Made by a program: the position numbers and the translations under genes. DNA of 19,765 nt from a bacterium (GTDB taxonomy: Bacteria; DUMJ01): positions 1-19,765 of the forward strand of contig JBMFMV010000035.1 in the NCBI GenBank assembly GCA_049970495.1, given 5' to 3'. Each line of letters opens with the position of its first letter. Positions within the stretch are counted from its first letter, which is position 1. The notes beneath the pieces were generated by a model, which saw only the letters and a list, made by a program, of their open reading frames with translations, had not been told where the DNA came from and did no database searches. This document shows positions 16,421-19,765 of the stretch, piece after piece.

Positions 16421-18178
16421 ATGAAACCAAGAATCTATGCCTTCTATCTATTTATACTGATTTTGGGAATAGTCTTAATAGTAAAATTATATCAAATCCA
16501 AATCATACAAGGCCCTTATTATAAAGAGTTGGCAGAAGGTAATAGGATAAGACTCATCTCTGTCTCTGCCCCTAGAGGAGAAATCGTAGATAGATATGGT
16601 AAAATAATGGCTAAAAATAGACCAAGCTTTACTATCTCTGTCATTCCTTTTGAAGGAAATAGAGAAGAATCTCTAAAACTTTTGAGTAAAATAATTAATC
16701 TACCTTATACCGAAATTAAGAAAAAAATAGACGAAGCACCAAATAGTTTACAACCAGTAAACATAATTTTAGACGCAGACTTAGAGATAATAAGCAAAAT
16801 AAAAGAGTTAGAAGATAAACTCCCTGGAGTCTTAGTTACGACTAATATTATAAGAGAATATCCAAATGGAAATACAGCCTCACATATACTTGGATATGTA
16901 GGAGAAGTATCTAAAGAAGAGATAAAGATTTTCCAAGCGTATGGGGTGAAGATGGGGGATATAGTAGGAAAGACAGGAATTGAAAGAGGATATCAAAAAG
17001 AGCTTATGGGGATACCTGGAGGTGAACAGGTAGAAGTGGACGCAATGGGAAGACCTATAAAGATTTTAGGGACAGTTCCTCCCATCCCTGGTTCAACACT
17101 TGTAACTACAATAAATCTAGATCTACAAAAGGTGGTAGAAGAATCTTTAAAAAGGAGAGGATTACCTGGAGCAATAGTTGTGATGGATCCAAGAAATGGA
17201 GATGTCCTAGCTATGGCTAGTAATCCCGATTTTGACCCTAATAGTTTTGCAAGAGGTATAACTGCAGAGGAATGGAAGAAACTCTTATCAATAAAAAAAC
17301 CACTCCTCAATAGGGCTATATCTGCTGCATATCCACCAGGCTCTACTTTTAAGATTGCAGTAGCTTTAGGAGCACTAGTAGAAGGGATAACAGATAAGAA
17401 TACCCTATTCTATTGTCCTGGTTCTATGTTGATAGGAAATCGAAAATTTAGATGTTGGACAACACATGGAAGAATAGACTTTTTAAATGCTATATCTAAG
17501 TCCTGTGATGTGGCCTTCTACACTATAGGACTAAAGTTAGGTCTAGAAAAGATGGCCAAATATGCAAGACTACTTGGCCTGGGAAATCTTACTGGGATAG
17601 ATATACCAGGAGAAGCAAGGGGACTTATTCTAGATCCTTCTTGGAAGAAAGGCCCTTGGTATATTGGTGATACTGCCAATATGTCAATAGGACAAGGTTA
17701 TGTACAGGTAACACCTATACAGATGGCTGTTCTTGTAAGCACCATAGCGAATGGAGGAAAGGTCTATAAACCCAGGATTGTGTCTAAGATAATAAGTCAA
17801 GATAGTACAGTAAAGATACAACCTCCAGTGTTGATAAGGGATATTAGTAAATTTAAGAAAGAAATTGATATAATAAAGGAAGGTATGAAATTGGTAGTAG
17901 ATGTAGGGACTGGTAATTTAGCTAAAGTTAGAGGGGTAACTGTGGCAGGTAAGACAGGAACAGCAGAGAACTTTCCAAATATTGAAAACCCTTTAGGCAA
18001 AGATCATGCATGGTTTATAGCTTACGCTCCTACCGATAATCCTAAAATCGCTTTATCAATAATAATAGAGCAAGGAGGGCACGGAGGGTCTACCGCTGCA
18101 CCTATCGCAGCAGAAATTATTAGTTATTACTTGACTGGGGAAAGGATAACAAGAGGTGGAGGATGGCAAGGAGACTAA
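16421..18178 (+). CDS. mrdA: Penicillin-binding protein 2 (class B, elongation)
   Basis: N-terminal TM. Motifs APRGEIVDR, R.YP, GKTGIE, catalytic PPGSTFK (SxxK), SCD (SxD typical of MrdA) and KTGTAE. Confidence 0.96.
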   Translation: MKPRIYAFYLFILILGIVLIVKLYQIQIIQGPYYKELAEGNRIRLISVSAPRGEIVDRYGKIMAKNRPSFTISVIPFEGNREESLKLLSKIINLPYTEIKKKIDEAPNSLQPVNIILDADLEIISKIKELEDKLPGVLVTTNIIREYPNGNTASHILGYVGEVSKEEIKIFQAYGVKMGDIVGKTGIERGYQKELMGIPGGEQVEVDAMGRPIKILGTVPPIPGSTLVTTINLDLQKVVEESLKRRGLPGAIVVMDPRNGDVLAMASNPDFDPNSFARGITAEEWKKLLSIKKPLLNRAISAAYPPGSTFKIAVALGALVEGITDKNTLFYCPGSMLIGNRKFRCWTTHGRIDFLNAISKSCDVAFYTIGLKLGLEKMAKYARLLGLGNLTGIDIPGEARGLILDPSWKKGPWYIGDTANMSIGQGYVQVTPIQMAVLVSTIANGGKVYKPRIVSKIISQDSTVKIQPPVLIRDISKFKKEIDIIKEGMKLVVDVGTGNLAKVRGVTVAGKTGTAENFPNIENPLGKDHAWFIAYAPTDNPKIALSIIIEQGGHGGSTAAPIAAEIISYYLTGERITRGGGWQGD

Positions 18179-18179
18179 A

Positions 18180-18773
18180 ATGAGTATTGTGATAAGCGGA
18201 GAAAAGAATTATATAACAGTTAAGATAGATGGTGAGGTTGATAGCGAATCTATCGAGGGGTTAAAGGCACAAATAGAAAGAAATAAATTTTTCTTCAAAG
18301 ATGGTAAAATTCTTATAAAGTACGCTGGAGGAAAAGTCCCCTGTAAGGTTCTAGGGGATATAATTAATGCCCTTTCTGAGATAGAAAATGCTAGTATTAT
18401 AGGAATTCTGACAGAAGCTACTATTCAAAGTGAGGGAAACGCAATAGTGATAAAAAGGACTCTTCGCTCTGGACAAAGTATAAGCTATGCTGGAGATGTA
18501 GTTATAGTTGGAGATGTAAATGCCGGGGCAGAAGTTATAGCCGAGGGGGATATAATAGTTCTAGGTTCTTTAAGAGGCCTAGCACATGCAGGAGCGATGG
18601 GAGATAGATCTGCTATAGTGTATGCGTTAGATCTTTCTCCGGTGCAAATTAGAATAGCCGATATAATAGCTAGAGCTCCCGATCATGTCCAGAATAAGTC
18701 TGTTCCTGAGATTGCGAGGATTAAAGATAACAATATCGTTATTGAGACTTTTTCTCATGGAGGTATAAAGTAA
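18180..18773 (+). CDS. minC: Septum site-determining protein MinC
   Basis: RTLRSGQSI, GDVNAGAEVIAEGDIIVLGSLRGLAHAG, QIRIA, PEIA. ATG 18180 is preferred over GTG 18156 because AAGGAG (18168-18173) lies 6 nt upstream. Confidence 0.95.
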   Translation: MSIVISGEKNYITVKIDGEVDSESIEGLKAQIERNKFFFKDGKILIKYAGGKVPCKVLGDIINALSEIENASIIGILTEATIQSEGNAIVIKRTLRSGQSISYAGDVVIVGDVNAGAEVIAEGDIIVLGSLRGLAHAGAMGDRSAIVYALDLSPVQIRIADIIARAPDHVQNKSVPEIARIKDNNIVIETFSHGGIK

Positions 18774-18774
18774 T

Positions 18775-19569
18775 ATGGGTAAAGTTATTGTTATAACTTC
18801 AGGAAAGGGTGGGGTAGGGAAGACCACCGCTGTGGCTAATATAGGAACTGCTCTTGCTTTTATGGAGCAAAAGGTAGTATTAATAGATGCTGATATAGGA
18901 TTAAGGAACCTTGATGTAGTTTTAGGCTTAGAAAACAGAATAGTATATGATATTGTAGATGTGGTAGAAGGTAGAGCTAAATTGAAACAGGCTCTTATAA
19001 GAGACAAAAGATTTCCCTCTTTATACTTACTTCCTGCTGCACAGACTAGAGATAAAGAAGCGGTTTCGCCCGAAGATATGGTTAAGTTATGTAATACTCT
19101 AAAAGAGGAATTTGACTTTATTATTATAGATTCTCCAGCTGGTATAGAAAGGGGTTTTAAAAATGCGGTAACTCCTGCAGATATAGCCATAGTAGTGACA
19201 ACTCCAGAAGTATCTGCTGTTAGGGATGCTGACAGGGTTATAGGACTATTGGAGGCTATGGAAAAGTCTGAGAGTAAACTTATAATTAACAGAGTCAGAA
19301 GTAAACTTGTAGACAGAGGAGACATGCTTAGTGTAGAAGATGTCTTAGAAATTCTCTCCATAGACCTTCTTGGCGTTATTCCTGAGGATGAACACATAAT
19401 TATATCAACAAATAGAGGAGAACCAATAGTAAGTAATAATAGTTCCCCAGCTGGAAAGAGCTTTATGAATATTGCTAAGAGGATACTTGGCGAAGATGTC
19501 CCTATGAACATGTACACTGAAAAAGAGGACCTTTTTACAAGGTTTAAGCGATTCTTAAAGTGGAGGTAA
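18775..19569 (+). CDS. minD: Septum site-determining ATPase MinD
   Basis: Deviant Walker A GKGGVGKTT, DIGLRNLD, DSPAGIE, PEVSAVRDADR, C-terminal membrane-targeting helix LFTRFKRFL. Confidence 0.99.
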   Translation: MGKVIVITSGKGGVGKTTAVANIGTALAFMEQKVVLIDADIGLRNLDVVLGLENRIVYDIVDVVEGRAKLKQALIRDKRFPSLYLLPAAQTRDKEAVSPEDMVKLCNTLKEEFDFIIIDSPAGIERGFKNAVTPADIAIVVTTPEVSAVRDADRVIGLLEAMEKSESKLIINRVRSKLVDRGDMLSVEDVLEILSIDLLGVIPEDEHIIISTNRGEPIVSNNSSPAGKSFMNIAKRILGEDVPMNMYTEKEDLFTRFKRFLKWR

Positions 19570-19572
19570 GGT

Positions 19573-19765
19573 ATGAGTGTAATAATAGAAGTGATAAGAA
19601 AATTGTTTACACATGAAGGTGGAAGTAAAGAAATAGCTAAAGAAAGACTCAAACTTGTTCTAATTCATGATAGAACTAGTATCTCTTCAGAAATCATAGA
19701 CCTAATTAGAGAAGAGATAATACAAGTTATCTCAAAACATTTAGAGATAGATAGAAATGGGGTAG
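19573..19765 (+). CDS. minE: Cell division topological specificity factor MinE (3' truncated by window; not in ORF track)
   Basis: ATG at 19573 after GGAGGT (19562-19567). Translates MSVIIEVIRKLFTHEGGSKEIAKERLKLVLIHDR...IREEIIQVISKHLEID, containing the MinE AKERL motif. Confidence 0.95.
   Translation, partial: MSVIIEVIRKLFTHEGGSKEIAKERLKLVLIHDRTSISSEIIDLIREEIIQVISKHLEIDRNGV

Noticed and set aside
530..18000. Numerous 60-130 aa minus-strand ORFs in the track
   Set aside because: All lie opposite well-conserved + strand genes and show no recognisable domains.
18627..19652. 341-aa minus-strand ORF
   Set aside because: It is the antisense shadow of minC/minD/minE, is Ser/Leu/Ile-rich and has no recognisable motif. 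Such shadows are expected from the codon bias of the sense genes.
1..19765. CRISPR arrays, tRNA/rRNA genes, IS elements, prophage or defence genes
   Set aside because: There is no intergenic space large enough, no direct-repeat arrays, and no transposase, integrase or nuclease motifs were seen.

Overview
AT-rich bacterial chromosomal window with 23 genes (two cut by the window edges), all on the + strand and almost all abutting or overlapping. The order is: end of a dcw cluster (murC 3' part, murB, a very short ftsQ/divIB-like gene, one DUF881 gene, sbp/DUF1290, ftsA, ftsZ); a radical SAM gene; an orphan membrane-fusion-protein-like gene; sepF; hisS-aspS; an rnfB-apbE-Gx-transporter trio lacking the other rnf genes; then maf-mreBCD-mrdA-minCD-minE (partial). 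Gene content resembles Clostridia and related Terrabacteria, and heavy ATA/AGA codon use suggests a thermophilic anaerobe (inference only). No mobile elements, CRISPR arrays or RNA genes were seen. The most unusual signals are translational. (1) The radical SAM ORF is in frame with ftsZ across a single UAG, has no canonical start for its conserved N-terminus, and its first ATG lies in a perfect 11-bp hairpin. (2) mreC can only include its membrane anchor if it starts at a non-canonical codon, most likely a CTG overlapping the mreB stop. (3) apbE may start at an ATA overlapping the rnfB stop. All family assignments come from motif recognition by eye; no searches were run.
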